From the NCBI RefSeq assembly GCF_018350175.1, contig NC_058382.1, positions 54,004,001 to 54,068,000 of the forward strand: a stretch of DNA of 64,000 bases. The letters run 5' to 3'. Under the pieces are notes generated by a model that was given only the letters and a program-made list of their open reading frames with translations, made no database searches and was not told the origin of the DNA. Positions 25,951-38,419 of this stretch are shown in pieces (position 1 is the stretch's first letter; the number at the start of each line of letters is the position of its first letter). Source of the DNA: Felis catus. Lineage: Eukaryota. The translations under genes were made by a program, and so were the position numbers.

Positions 25951-26589
25951 GGCCTGGGGACGTTTCCGGATAAGGAGAGAACACAGGCAAAACGGCAAGT
26001 TTCTCCCTGTCCTTAACATAGCTCAGCGGTCCCATCAGAGGGGTGGGGTGGTCAGAGGAGGGAGCCGCTCCTGCACTCATGCATCCTTCAGCAGGAGGCA
26101 GAGCATGGGATGGAAAGCAGGTGGGCACAGCAAAACAAAACCCGTTTAGTGATCTCGCAGCATCCCTCATCCCGCACTTGTAAACCGGCCTCCCTGACCT
26201 CTAACAACCAGGGAAATCAGACGTTGGCTCTGCACAGAGAGAACCTTCTGCCACTCTGTTTCATGTCGAATTCCAATCCCGCCCCCAGGAGCTGCTTTTT
26301 CATTTCACTGCTGCCCTCCTCTCGTCACCGGACCTGCCTCTGCATCCCCCTGCGGATCCACTTTTATCTTGGCGACACAGGGCAGAGTCTGCCTCCTCCA
26401 GTTCTGCTCTCAAGGACGGTTTCTGCTGAAGGCTCTCACGAAATGTGGCGGCTATTTCCTCGCTGAGAAGTGTCTCTGCAGCACAGAGTGAAATGTCTGC
26501 TAGGAGATCAGGCAAACCTGAGAGATTCCAGAGGTCATGGACTCTGGATTCTTCCTCCCATCCGACTTACCATCAGCCATTTCAGGAGG

Positions 26590-26946
26590 GGCTACGGACG
26601 GAGCTGTGATCACCACCACTCCCGAACTCTTATGTCGAAGCCCTACCCGCCAGGGTGATGGCATTTGGCGATGAGGCCTTCAGGAGGTGACTGGGTTTAG
26701 AGGAGGCCTTGAGGTGCAACTCCCTGGTGGGATTAGTGCTCTTATAAAAAGAGACACCAGGGGGCTTGTTCTCTCTCTCCACCACGCGAGTGCACGGATG
26801 GCTGGAAGGTGGCCGCCTGTAAGCCCGCAAGAGGGTTCTCAACAGAACCCAGCCATGCCTGGTACCCTGATCTCTGACTTCCAGCCTGCAGAACTGCAAG
26901 AAATAAAGGTCTATTATTTAAGCCACCTGGCCCGCAGACTACGACA
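26590..26946 (+). mobile_element. MLT1A/B solo LTR
   Basis: GCTACGGAC..TGGGATTAGTGCTCTTATAAAAAGAGAC..GACTTCCAGCCTGCAGAACTG..AAATAAA..GACA. Perfect 5-bp TSD GGAGG at 26585-26589 and 26947-26951. Confidence 0.92.
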
Positions 26947-27029
26947 GGAGGTTAAAAACAAAGACTCAAAATAAAAATCCAGCTAAAAATACCAGACATC
27001 TGTGCCTTCCCCCAAGTCTGAATTCCCAC

Positions 27030-27225
27030 TACGTGACTCATGCTGTCACCTCAGCAAGTGACTCTGCTTCTCTGGGCCTCAGTTTCCTCATCTGTTAAAT
27101 GCAAATGGGTACCCCCACCTGTGTCTCCACCACAGAGGGCTGCAATGAGAAATCAAAAATCATCAAAACAGGGCAATAAATACTCAGCACAGTGCCGGGC
27201 ATGGAGTAAACTTTCGATAAATAAA
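27030..27225 (+). mobile_element. MIR
   Basis: CTCTGGGCCTCAGTTTCCTCATCTGTTAAATG core and AGCACAGTGCCGGGCATGGAGTAAAC..AATAAA end. Confidence 0.85.
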
Positions 27226-27639
27226 ATCAAGCCATCCCATAAGAATGTGCTGAGAAAAAAAAAACACAGTAAGAAGCAACACCTTATGAAAAAAATTGAA
27301 TAAAATTTTCGGGTGACCGTTGGTGCGCCAACCACCTGGAAGCCGCAAGGACGCAGCACCCCCCGGCAACTCACCTCTACCCCCACAGAGCAGCATCTGC
27401 CCTCCACCGCACCACGGCCCGAGAGACGCCAAAGCCCCAACCCGCAGATGAAGTCCATGTGGCTCTCTGAAGTCCAAGTATGAGCTCATCCCCTCCCTCA
27501 CCTCGTACCCCCGAACCCCGCTATCAGCCAGTGACTCTGTTTTCACTTCGGCATCAACATCTGGTGCCTCTAATTCTATCAACACCCAAGCATATGGAAG
27601 GAACAACAAGACCCAGCAACGTGAACCATTATTTTTAAA

Positions 27640-28030
27640 AAACAAACTGGGTCCTAAATACCAATTGATTGCTAAAAGGGCACTTACTGAGGTTTATTAA
27701 GTACATAGAACATAAATCTGTTTGGCATGTAATTAATTCAAAATTACAGGAACACTAAATGTGTAATTAAATCTACATGGAATGTTTAGGCCTTTAGCTG
27801 GCATTTACAAAGGAAGCTACAGGAAATTTATTAGCTAGCAATTTATTGTTCAAAATACTGGCAAATCATGAGTATGTTGATTGAAATCTAGCTTGCTGTC
27901 AGTCTGATGTTATGTGCCAATTAGAGGTTCGAAGCCTTGCAAACACAAGTCTGTGGCTAAGAATGCTAAAAAGAGGGTTCGTCAGTTACAGCTAAGTTTG
28001 CTCTTTCCAGCAGCCTCAACAAGTGTCTTG
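27640..28030. promoter_or_regulatory. Candidate conserved non-coding/enhancer block
   Basis: Repeat-free. Two TGTAATTAA sites (27728-27736 and 27762-27770), NFI half-sites TTGGCA/TGCCAA, and CTGTCA. Confidence 0.5.
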
Positions 28031-28236
28031 ACTCCCCTGGTGGATAAGGACACGCGGGGCATTCCTTCAAAGTACTGAAGTACTTAACCGACACAGTCAA
28101 ACGTGACACACAGGTGATCTGGGTGAGGTAAAAGCAACGTTAGATTTGGAATCCTCACCTGTCCACAGACTTCACTGTGTTTCCCCAGAGCAAAGATTTT
28201 CTCCGACCTGCTTGAAGTCAAAAGTGTAATACGAGT

Positions 28237-28411
28237 GGGGGGCCTGGGTGGCTCAGTCAGTTGAAGTCAGCCAACTTCAAACTTCAGCCCAGGTGGTGAT
28301 TTCTGGTCTGTGAGTTCGAGCCCCGCGTCAGGCTCTGTGCTGACAGCTCGGAGTCCAGAGCCTGCTTTGGATTCTGTGTCTCCCTCTCTCTCTGTTCCTC
28401 CCCCGCTCACA

Positions 28412-28448
<37 letters not shown>

Positions 28449-28475
28449 AAAAATAAAGATTGGAAATTTTTTTTT
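28237..28475 (+). mobile_element. SINEC_Fc-type SINE
   Basis: Typical body with (CT)n. 14-bp TSD AAGTGTAATA(C/T)GAG at 28222-28235 and 28476-28489. Confidence 0.96.
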
Positions 28476-29734
28476 AAGTGTAATATGAGAAATGTATAAA
28501 ATGAAAGACTCCAAAGTCATTCCAGACCCTTCTCTGCTCAATTCTAGGCTCTGCAGCAGGTTAGGACTAGAGAAGACTACCCAGTGTCCAGAGCTGGCTT
28601 GGCCCTCAGTTGACAGTGTGTTTCACAGGTGCCAACAATCAGCATGGGTACAGGGCCTCTGGGGCACTCTGCGGGAAACAGCCCCAGCAACACCACCTCC
28701 TGAATGCTCCTGGAAGACTTTGAGAGTGGAGCAACCAAGTACAGCACCACGCTCCTCAAACCTGGGGAGGACTCTGTTCCAGTGCTCCCAGTGAGCCCAG
28801 TCTCCAATCTTTTATTTGACAGTTGGGTAAGAAATGTTACCTTCAGCTGCTGTGTTCTGAAGTGGCCGTAGGTCCTAAGCGCTAGGTTTTGCAGAAGAAT
28901 CCCCCTTACCTTTAATTAGAAGGGATCGGAGTTTCTACACATTCCATCTGTGTTCACTAGGGTTTCATTCAGCTGCGAGGAATATAAAGATCCAGCCACA
29001 GTATCTGCAAAACCAAGGGTGTGCTTTTTCCTCACACAAAAAGAAACTTGGAGAACCATGGTCCAGTGCTGGTGCAGAGACTGATAGCATCATGCTCCAC
29101 CCGTCCCTATCCTTGGCTCTGTCATTTTAAGGGGCTCCTTCGTCAGCTCATGGCCACAAAATGGCTGCTGCAGCCCCACCCATCATACCTGTACTCCAGT
29201 AGAGATGAAAAAGAGTGATACCTCATCATCTGGCCTTGAAGGTCATTGTGACAACAACAGTACTGGGAAAGCAAAAGAACTCCCAAGAACTCCACAGCAG
29301 ACATATCCCTGCATCTCCCAATAGCCACTGCATCCAATTGCCACATCTAGCTGGAAGGTGACATTCGAGAAGGGTGTTGTAATAGACATTGAGCCAGTCT
29401 CCCCCCTCACCCCTTTTACATTCAGCCCCGGTGACAAGCTATTCAGTGTTTGGTGTGGAGTGGAAACTCATATAGGTCAAATGCATCTCTGAGACGCTCC
29501 AGAAACCACTTCCCCAGTTTGTTCAACCAAACACTATGCCAGACACGGGAAATACAAAAGCGAACAGGTCAAATACTTGCTGCTTTAAAACAAAAAACAA
29601 AAACAAAACTGCATTTTGGATGAATAGGCCAGGATCCCAGAGTTGAAAGAGATACCACACGAGCCTATGCTTCCCAAAGAACTATCTACAACGATGCGAG
29701 AGGCCATCAAAGGCCAACACCACAGCCACCAGCC

Positions 29735-29870
29735 CGGTGTGCCCAGCTGGCACTTGAAACATGGCTCATGTGACTGAGGAACTCAATCTATTATTTGGAT
29801 TCCCATTCATTTAAATTCATATTTAAATAGTCACATGTGGATACTGTCTATCATACTGAACGTCGCAGGG
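29735..29870. mobile_element. MER3-like hAT-Charlie DNA transposon fragment
   Basis: GCACTTGAAACATGGCTCATGTGACTGAGGAACT..TTTAAATAGTCACATGTGG. Confidence 0.8.
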
Positions 29871-29917
29871 TCTATACATCTTGTAGACACACATTAAAAA
29901 ACCAGAGGCTCTCATTT

Positions 29918-30145
29918 CATTCATTTATTTGGGAAAACAATTAAGCTTATTTATTTACTTTGAGAGATACAGAAGGAGAGCCAGCAGTGGAGGGCCGGAG
30001 AGAGAGGGAGAGAGAGAATCCCAAGCAAGCCTCCATGCTGTCAGCTCAGAGACCGACGTGGGACTCAAACTCACACACCGTGAGACCATGACCTGAACCG
30101 AAATTCAGAGACGACGCTTAACCGACTGAGCCACCCAGGCGCCTC
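29918..30145 (-). mobile_element. Feliform Can-SINE
   Basis: Ends GACGCTTAACCGACTGAGCCACCCAGGCGCCTC. 15-bp TSD CAGAGG(C/A)TCTCATTT at 29903-29917 and 30146-30160. Confidence 0.96.
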
Positions 30146-30686
30146 CAGAGGATCTCATTTTGATAGAAGGATGCCCAAATGGCCACGGAAGCCTAGAGGT
30201 AGAAGCCAATTTCTAGTCAGTGTGAGTGGAAAAAAGAGAGGATGGATTATTTAATCTGGGTTTTGTAAGATGTATAGGAGTTTGCCACCTGGTAAGAGAA
30301 GGTTAAGGGAAAGCATTGCAAGCAGACAGAAAATTGTGTACAGAGAAAAAGGGAAGAAAATGAGGGTCAGAAGAGACCCTGAGCCAGAACAACCTAGTTA
30401 AGACGCTCCCAAATTGCCGACTCACAGAAACTCAGATAATCTATGTTTTTTACCTTAGATCACTATATTCTGGGGTAATTTGTTATACGGCAATAGGTAA
30501 CAAATACAAGACAAAACACCATAGTGTGCATGCACTAACTTCATTCTGTGCACAGCGAAGGGGAATCAGAACGTAACAGAGGTGGTGCTGTGGCTCAGGA
30601 GACAAGACAGAAAGGCCTAGGAAATGTACGTATACCAAGCTTGTCTCTCTAACACATCCTGCCTCGGCCTCTAGGGAAGCCCCAGA

Positions 30687-30908
30687 GGGGGCACCTGGGT
30701 GGCTCAGTAGGTTAAGCACCTGACTCTTGATTTCAGCTCGGGTCACCACCTCACATTCGTGAGTTTGAGCTCAGGCAGCCCACATTGGGCTCTGCACTGA
30801 CAGCACGGAGCTTGTTTGGGATTCTCTCTCTCTCCCTCTCTCTCTGGCCCTCCACAGCTCTCTCACTCTCTCTCAAAATAAATAAATAAGCATTTAAAAA
30901 TAAATAAA
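30687..30908 (+). mobile_element. Feliform Can-SINE
   Basis: GGGGCACCTGGGTGGCTCAG head. TSD AAGCCCCAGA(GG) on both flanks (30677 and 30909). Confidence 0.96.
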
Positions 30909-32459
30909 AAGCCCCAGAGGCTCTAGACAGCCAGGGCTTCTGAGCCTTCCCAGCCCTGACTGGCCCATAAGCTTTCTGTGCCTAGAAGGCCATTTAATTT
31001 CAAGAGCAACGTTTCAGAGGACACTAAGTTAGCCTCCCTAACCATGGTCCCTGCAAGCAATTACCTTTTCTTTCTGGATAACATGCCAACAAGCATTTTA
31101 AGGGCAGAACTCCTATTTTTAACTTCCATATGCCAAGCTGAGAAAAGGACTTTATGCAAATATAGCAAAAAAATATATATACCCTCCCAAAAGTCATCAT
31201 CATTAGGCTTATTTCAAAATCAGATCTAATATTAATTCCCAGGCAATAACACCCTTCGGAATGAAAAGATTTGATTACTCTATAGGAATTCTAATGAATA
31301 GCAGCCGCCACTCCTCTATGCAAACCCACTCCCACTCTCTAAGCATTTTAAAGAATTTTTCTTTTCTTTATTTATTTCTTTTTTTTTTTTTAAGTAACAT
31401 CATATAGAGTTCGGAGACACCAGCTAGAAAACATCCTGGCTTCAGAACTGGAAGGTCATGACCCTCGGGAGGCCCGGTGACAGGGGCCAGAGAGCATGTG
31501 GGACAAGTGGAAGGCATGGACGCTTCTCTGCACGACTTAGGGCCAGTCCCTTTCCACCACAGGCAGGGTCTCTAGAGCAAATATATCCACTGGTCATAAA
31601 CTCCAGTTCCAGACCAACCACCAAACAGTAGGGAGGCAGGAAACATGAAGTAGCTATTTAAACTCAGGGCTATGGGTTTTCTTTTTTTTTTTTTTTTAAT
31701 TAGCCTCCTATTTAAGCCCAAAACTGGTGTAGGCAGATACAACCAGCAAGTGTCAGCAGTATGACCTTGGTGTCCACAGGCCAGAGGAATCTGTTTCTCA
31801 TGAAGTTTCATAAAACCTCAGGATATGAGCACTGAAGGGTCCCGGCAGTGACTGGAGGCAACCCTCCCTTTCACCAATAAGGAACTTAAGGCCGGGGAGT
31901 GGAGGGGACTCACCCCAAACTGCATGCATGTTGACCCAGCTGGAGCAGAAGCTCGGGCTTTCTCCAGCGATTCCGAAGAGTTAAGTCCAACACTCCCTGG
32001 ATCCAGTCTCAGAGGGGTGATAACACAACAAAGGATGATGACTCGTGCGAGCTGACTGGGAACTGTGCATCTTAAGAAGGGATGCTTCTTGCTTCTGACT
32101 GATAGGGCTCTGTTAGGAAATCTACTTTCTTCTGCCCCAAACTACTTTAGTTCCAGGACCAAGGCAGATGGGTACAAATCTCATTCGCATGAAGCCCCAT
32201 CAACATTCCTGTGGGACAAAACAATAGTGGGAAACCAGCCGTGAGGTGTCTCTACCAGCCACCACAGTTGACAAGTTATAGGATCTTCGAGAAAAGGTTT
32301 GGAAGGACTATTTCAGGCGGCAAGACTGTAGATGTGCTGTGCGCCCCCCCCCCCACCCCGCCAGCCCCCAGGCATGCAGCCTGCTCTCCTGGACCGGCTT
32401 CTCGGTGCCTCCCGGCAGAGAACAGATTTCTGTCTTTGCTCTTCTCTTTCTGTGACTGA

Positions 32460-32830
32460 AAAACTCATGCACACATACGGGAAAAAATGAAAATATAACA
32501 ATAGCCTATACAAAGAGGTTAATTCTCTTTCAAACTCCTGAACCCAGGCCCTCCCTGCCTCTAGATGCAAGCATGATTCACCATATTTTATTTCATGCCT
32601 ATGCGTATATCTCCTTTTCTTTCCACCAAGGGGAACATTCCAAACTCATAACGCCTTTGGTATTTTTCACTCAACAAAAGAGCTTTGAGATCTTTCCATG
32701 TCACCGTATAGAGATCCACTTTATTCTTTTTTCATGAGTTCATAATATCCCATTGTTTAAATATACAATCATTTATTTACCATTCTCTTATTAATGAACA
32801 TCCTGATTCTTTCTAATCTTCTGTTTCTCA
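32460..32830 (-). mobile_element. Old L1ME-type fragment
   Basis: TTTTTCACTCAACA..TTTGAGATCTTTCCATGTCA..TATAGAGATCCACTTTATTCTTTTT..ATTTATTTACCATTCTCTTATTAATGAACAT. Confidence 0.75.
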
Positions 32831-33739
32831 AGTCGAGGCTGAGAGGACCGTCTCAGCACAGGTCTGGAGCAGAAGTCCCATGGCAGGCTTGTGCAGGATG
32901 GACATCTTTAAATCAGGGACGGGATGTTAGGTCAGCCCGGTAATCGCAGCGCCTCTGTAGTAGAAAGCTGCCCAGGTTTCCACCTCAACCTGGCTTCTTG
33001 TGCCTGCTTCCTCCCTCCCCCTGCCCTTCCTCCTGTCTTCAGATGGTCGGTCTCCTCCACAAAACCCCCATGCTCCTCTGAGTCCCGCCATACGAGCCTG
33101 AGTCCTGCCATACGAACCCGCCTCCCTATGTAGAGGAAAGCAATTCATTACATGTCTGCTAAAGAGCCCATAAGTGCATGAACGGGTGAGGGAGTGAAGA
33201 GCAGCCACTTAGTAAGGGTCTCCCAGTTTTCGGTGGATTTTAACCCTTTTAACAGGAAGATACCAGATCTCTCCCTTCTTGAGTGTGTACGAAGATGTCT
33301 TCCCTTAGGTCATGCCCATGTTCTTCAGGGCGACCTTATAGGTGCAGAAGGAGCGGACAGCGCACCTGGACCCTCCCAGGCCAGTGGCCACCGTGTGCGT
33401 GCACGCGCACGTGTGCACGCGTGCATACCGAGCAAGAAGCAGGCCATTCCATAAACAACAAAAACAACAAAAGCAGACTGCCCGTGACCTTCAGAAGAAC
33501 GCCGCGTCCCCCCCACCCCGCCCCCAGTGAAGGCTGTCTGCAGGACTGCCTGGGGCTCTTTTGTTCGGGGCTGATTGGAGCTGTCATGGACACAGTGCAT
33601 CTCCCAGTGGCAGCTTGCTGTAAACCAGGCAAGCTCTGTATGGATGCCCTGCCCGGAATTCACTCTGGCAAACAACCCGGGCCTTACTCCTCCGACGAGG
33701 GGAGAGTTTGCCGGAGATAAGGAATCGTGGCAGCTGAAA

Positions 33740-33960
33740 ACCACAACAGCTTATGCTGATGACTAAGGAAGTGCCAGGCACAATCCGAAGAGCTTTGTAC
33801 ACAATCACACAGCTGATCGCCACCCAGCGCCGTCGTACTGCCATCATCCCAGTTACAGAGCAGGAAACCAAGGCACAGGGGTTGAGTAACTTGTTCAGAG
33901 TCCCACAGCTGGTAAGTGCCAGACGTGAAGCAGGAATCTAGGCCCAGGGCTATTTCCCAC
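33740..33960 (-). mobile_element. MIR
   Basis: GTGCCAGGCAC..CCCAGTTACAGAGCAGGAAACCAAGGCACAG..AGTAACTTGTTCAGAGTCCCACAGCTGGTAAGT. Confidence 0.85.
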
Positions 33961-34554
33961 TAGGCTGGGGGCAGGGGTGGGGGTGTCTGTCCACACTGCA
34001 GGCACTGCTCTGAGCAATCTACACTTATCTCCAGAGGTCTCTCCAGCAGCCCCGTGAAGCGGGAACCATGAATAACTCCTTTTGCCAATAAGGACACAGG
34101 AGGTCACCTCAATAAGCCTGTGGAAGATCCCGCTGCTAGTAATTAAGCTTGGGAACCCAGATTCCTTCGGCTCCAAAGCTGGTGCTCAGAACCACTGCTC
34201 TGCACCACTTCTGATCCCGCTGCCCCTTCCCACCCCCTAACCCTCCCTCCCACCTGCAACAGCTGCCCTCATGTTTTGCGTTTAAACCACAAATAGCATC
34301 TTGTACCTGATCCTGGGACTTCAGCAAACTTCAGCGAACCTCAAGGGCTTGTGAAACCTTTTGGTTTTAAAAACAGTCAGTGGCTAACACTATGGATAGA
34401 GACATACAGGCTATCAGAAACACAATAAACTTGGAAGTAGATGAGAGGCTACCAATTGGCCCCCGGTTCCAAGGAGACAATGGTAATAGGTATCACTTTG
34501 TGAGTGCTTATTGCCACATACTGTTCTAGATGCTTAACCTTTAAAACTCACTCA

Positions 34555-34775
34555 GGGATGCCTGGTAGGCTCGGTCGGTGAAGTGTCTGGCTCTTGGTTT
34601 TGGCTCAGGTCATGATTTCACAGTTTGTGGGACTGAACCCAATGTCGGGCTCTGCACCGACAGCCTGGAGCCTACTTGGGATTCTCTCTCTCTCCCTCTG
34701 TCTCTGCCCCTCCCCTGCTCACACATGCATATTCTGTGTCTCTCAAAATAAATAAACATTTTGAAAAAATTTAAA
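34555..34775 (+). mobile_element. Feliform Can-SINE inserted in a MIR (about 34490-34935)
   Basis: GGGATGCCTGGTAGGCTCGG head, CT tract and AAATAAATAAAC tail. MIR sequence lies on both flanks. Confidence 0.93.
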
Positions 34776-34972
34776 CAAAAGTCATTTAATTCTCTCAACT
34801 ACCTTCTAAAGTCGGTAGCACTGTCTTCATTTCACGGGAAAGACAAGGCACAGAGAGGTTCAATAAGCCGCCCAGAGTCACGCAGCTTATAAGAGCAGGA
34901 CCAGGAGTCAAGGCCAGGCAGTCTGGCTCTGGAGTTGGCTTGCCAGACTTAGCAAATTACAATCACACACAG

Positions 34973-34973
<1 letters not shown>

Positions 34974-35015
<42 letters not shown>
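34974..35015. repeat. (CA)n microsatellite, about 21 units
   Basis: Seen directly. Confidence 0.99.
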
Positions 35016-35017
<2 letters not shown>

Positions 35018-36149
35018 CATTGTTTCAGTATACAAATGTTGCACGCCACATCCCTGCTCCTCCACAGCCTATGTGATGCACACAGTGTGCTTCCCTATAC
35101 GTGCAGTGTGTGATAGGCTCACCTTGGCCAAAGATCCTAAGTGGGGGAGATACCCACCACCTGTCCCAACCCCTGTAACCACACCAAGACTGGAGACCCC
35201 CTCTCCAGCACCCCCCATTTCCCCATCTGCCAGCACAAAGGATAAACACACACCCCTGTCCCCACATAGGGCACCCTCCCGGCCCCGTGTAGCTCGTGAT
35301 GATAAAGAGAGGGCTCTTTATCCACCTCTGGACCACGGAGCTTGTCCGTGCAGCCAGTAGCTGCTTTCTGTGTGTCGCATGTGCCCAACGCAGGTGAGGC
35401 TGACGCTCCCCTTGAGCTTGGAAAGGAGTGGAGGGCACCGAAGGGCCCTCCTACCCTTCACGGGGCGTCCTGAACAGGAGACCTGGGCTTCAGTCTAGGA
35501 TGTGGGCGCAGCAGTGGGTGAGGCTCCTCTGAAAGTAACAGAACAAAAAGAGCCTCGGGGCCGTGTATCTGGCGGGAGGGCCAGCAGAGCTCTGGGGGCT
35601 GGGGCGGGGCAGGGTAACCCTCAAAGCAAGCAAGCGTAGAGCGCAGCTCAGAGACGAGGCCGATTCTCTAGATACCTACAGGGCCTGCTGCGGCGCGTGT
35701 GTGTGGATCCAGATGTGGATTTCGAGATTGCCATTTGGGGTGCTTCCTGGGGCTAAGAACCATGAAGACACATGTCCCCCCTGCAGTTTTATGACCATGT
35801 TTAGCAATGAGTGATGCTGAACAGAACAGAACAGAACAGAACCGTTCTGCGGTGAGCGCCCAGGCCTCACAGACGCTGCCTCCCTCCTCCCCAGAGCGGG
35901 GCTGGTGGAGGCACAGACCTCCTCTCTGCCCCCAAAGCTTTCGGTTTCCACAAAAGGGATTCTCAGCAAAACAGCATCCTGGCCACAGGTAATCGCGGCC
36001 GCTTTCTCTTTAAATAGCTTCTTTGTAACCACAAACATGTATGTTTTTCATAAAGCTCTGGAAATTGTACTAGGCCCTGGGGAGGTACCAAGTGGAAACG
36101 CGGGTGCCGTGAGATTAGAACTCCACTACTCCAGAGGTACACTGTGCTG

Positions 36150-36900
36150 TTTGTAACAATTATAATAATACACCTGTACCACCATTGTCAGTGTGGACCA
36201 GCCACACGGGGGCTCATTAGTATTGTATTAGGGCTGCATGGGGAAACAGATAATGGCCCATAATGAAAAATGCCAAATTTTCTATATAATAAAAATGAAC
36301 TTGATTAATGAAAATCACTTTCAGGGAAAGAGTTACAGCGTTGTTAGAAATAAAAAATGATGTATTAATCCGACATTCTTACAGATGGTCCCAACCTCCT
36401 GACAACTGCTATTCATTTGAGATGCTATTAGCATGCATAATTATGCTAATTAAGTTGTAATTAAGCACCAATTCTTCAGAGGGCTTTTTTTGTCTATCAT
36501 TTAATACAACTCAGTTGCAAAGAGAGTGCTTAAAGCTTTGTACAGTGTTTCATTCAAAAGGGGTTCCCAAATTTCTTAGCAAAGATTTAGCAGCTGAGCC
36601 ATGGATAGGAGCTCTAATCCTTGTTTTGGTTAAAGAAAAGTCAGTAAATACCAGCGGGGTCTGCCAGTTGTTGATAAAATAATGAACGCTTTCTGCTAAA
36701 ATGAGCACGGTTCAAACCAGGGCAATTACAATGAGAACAAAATGTATAATTATCAGTAGTGATAGAACCATTGTCCTATTACATGGTCGTTTTTATTCTT
36801 TTTATTTGAAAAGAGGGGACTTAAGGAGTACATTCAATGAGAAATAATTAGAAAAAATGGCATTCAATATTTTATTAGAAGTAAAATAAATCAGAAAGCT
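36150..36900. promoter_or_regulatory. Candidate highly conserved non-coding element / developmental enhancer
   Basis: About 750 bp with no recognisable repeat, sharply AT-rich against a GC-rich left flank. Very high TAAT/ATTA density, including three TAATTA within 26 bp and the palindrome GCATAATTATGC. Confidence 0.55.
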
Positions 36901-38149
36901 AAGGCTATCTCATGGGGGGAGGGGATATGCATAGAGAAGGAATCAGTGATTTTGTTTCCAGTTCCAAAGGTTATTGAGATAAACATTTTAAAAAGAACAC
37001 CAGAAACTGATAAAGTGCACTTAAATGGTCTTTTCAACTCAACTATCTACAGAGGCAAAAGCAGACTTTTTAGTGGAGACGTTGGTTAAACTGGCAATTC
37101 CAAAGATAAAAGTGTACCTGCAGTTTGACTGAATTCTCCCACTTTTGTTCCCAAATATTTACTGTGTATGAGTATGCTGGATGCAGATTCGAGATCTGTT
37201 TTGTTTTCTCACTAGTTCAGCTGTGATGAAGCCAGAAACAGCCAAGGAGCTTAGAACAAAAGGGAATAAAGGGCTTGAGAACAGTGTTTGAAGGAGGAGT
37301 TAGCAGGGTCCGTTTTCCCGGGACGCCAGCACCCTGTCACCTTCCTTGCAAAGCAGAGAAATCTGTTTCCCGTGAGCTGCCTTGTCATCTTTGTTCTACC
37401 CTGAGCTGAGGGGGCAGAATCAATAAACAGACCTTGAGGAGCCCGGACTCTCCCTGAATGTAACTTTAAGCGACTTATTTAAAAGAAAACCAAGAGCCTA
37501 TACCATTGCAACCCTATATCCCAACTGCCACTTAAACAACGATCAGAGTTTAAAAAAAAAAAAAAATAGCTCCAGGAGGGAGCATTTGAAATACCGTTAT
37601 GCCAAATCTTGGCAACCCATCTCCCTCCCTCTTCTAAGCGTGGCATTAAAAAAGTAAACACACACTTTTTCTTTGAAATGAGCTTTGCCTGTCTTTTCTG
37701 TTTCAATCTCTATTTGGACATGGTCTTTGCATTTAATTTAATTTTAAGCCTCTGGAAAATGAACTCCTCGGGTAGTATGCTCTGCAGAAACCACTCATTT
37801 TGTCTAGTCTCTACTCTCTCTGCCTGTAGGCCAGCGCAGGAGGGAAGTAGCTTACAGAAGAACATTGTACCGGAGGGTGGGAGGGGCAGCTGGTGGCCTG
37901 CCTCTGCCGCAGTGTAACATTCACCAAAGTGTCCAGCCATGCGCCCTCATCTGTAAAATGGAACGCCCAGTAGCTGCTCTGGATGGTTCACATGGAGGAC
38001 CAGACAAGGAAATATACAGGCAAGGTGAACACAATGCCCCGTTACATCCAACGTGTGGGATTTCTGCTCAACAAAGATGTCAGGTGTTACTGAGACCCTC
38101 TGATGCTGAATGTCCAGATGCGTCCACACCACAGACACAAATACACTTT

Positions 38150-38410
38150 TCATTTGTTCATTCATTCAACAAATGTTTACTATGTATCTACAATGTGTTC
38201 TATAGAGTTTGAAATGTTGGGGATACAGCCGTGAACACGTTGCCACATTTAAATAAGATGCCAGATATAAGGGCTACGGAGAAAATAAAACAGAGTGACG
38301 TGATAATTACTGGATTCAGGGAGTTGCTTTTGATAGTATGGTCAGGAAAGATAGTCCTCTCTGAGATGGTGACATTTAGCAAGACTGGGAATGGCAGAGT
38401 CGGTGACAAG
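38150..38410 (-). mobile_element. L2 3' end (continues at about 40135-40570 after the L1 insertion)
   Basis: TTCATTCATTCAACAAATGTTTACT..GGGATACAGCCGTGAAC..GGTCAGGAAAG..CTCTGAGATGGTGACATTT. Confidence 0.8.
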
Positions 38411-38419
38411 AGTGTACCA

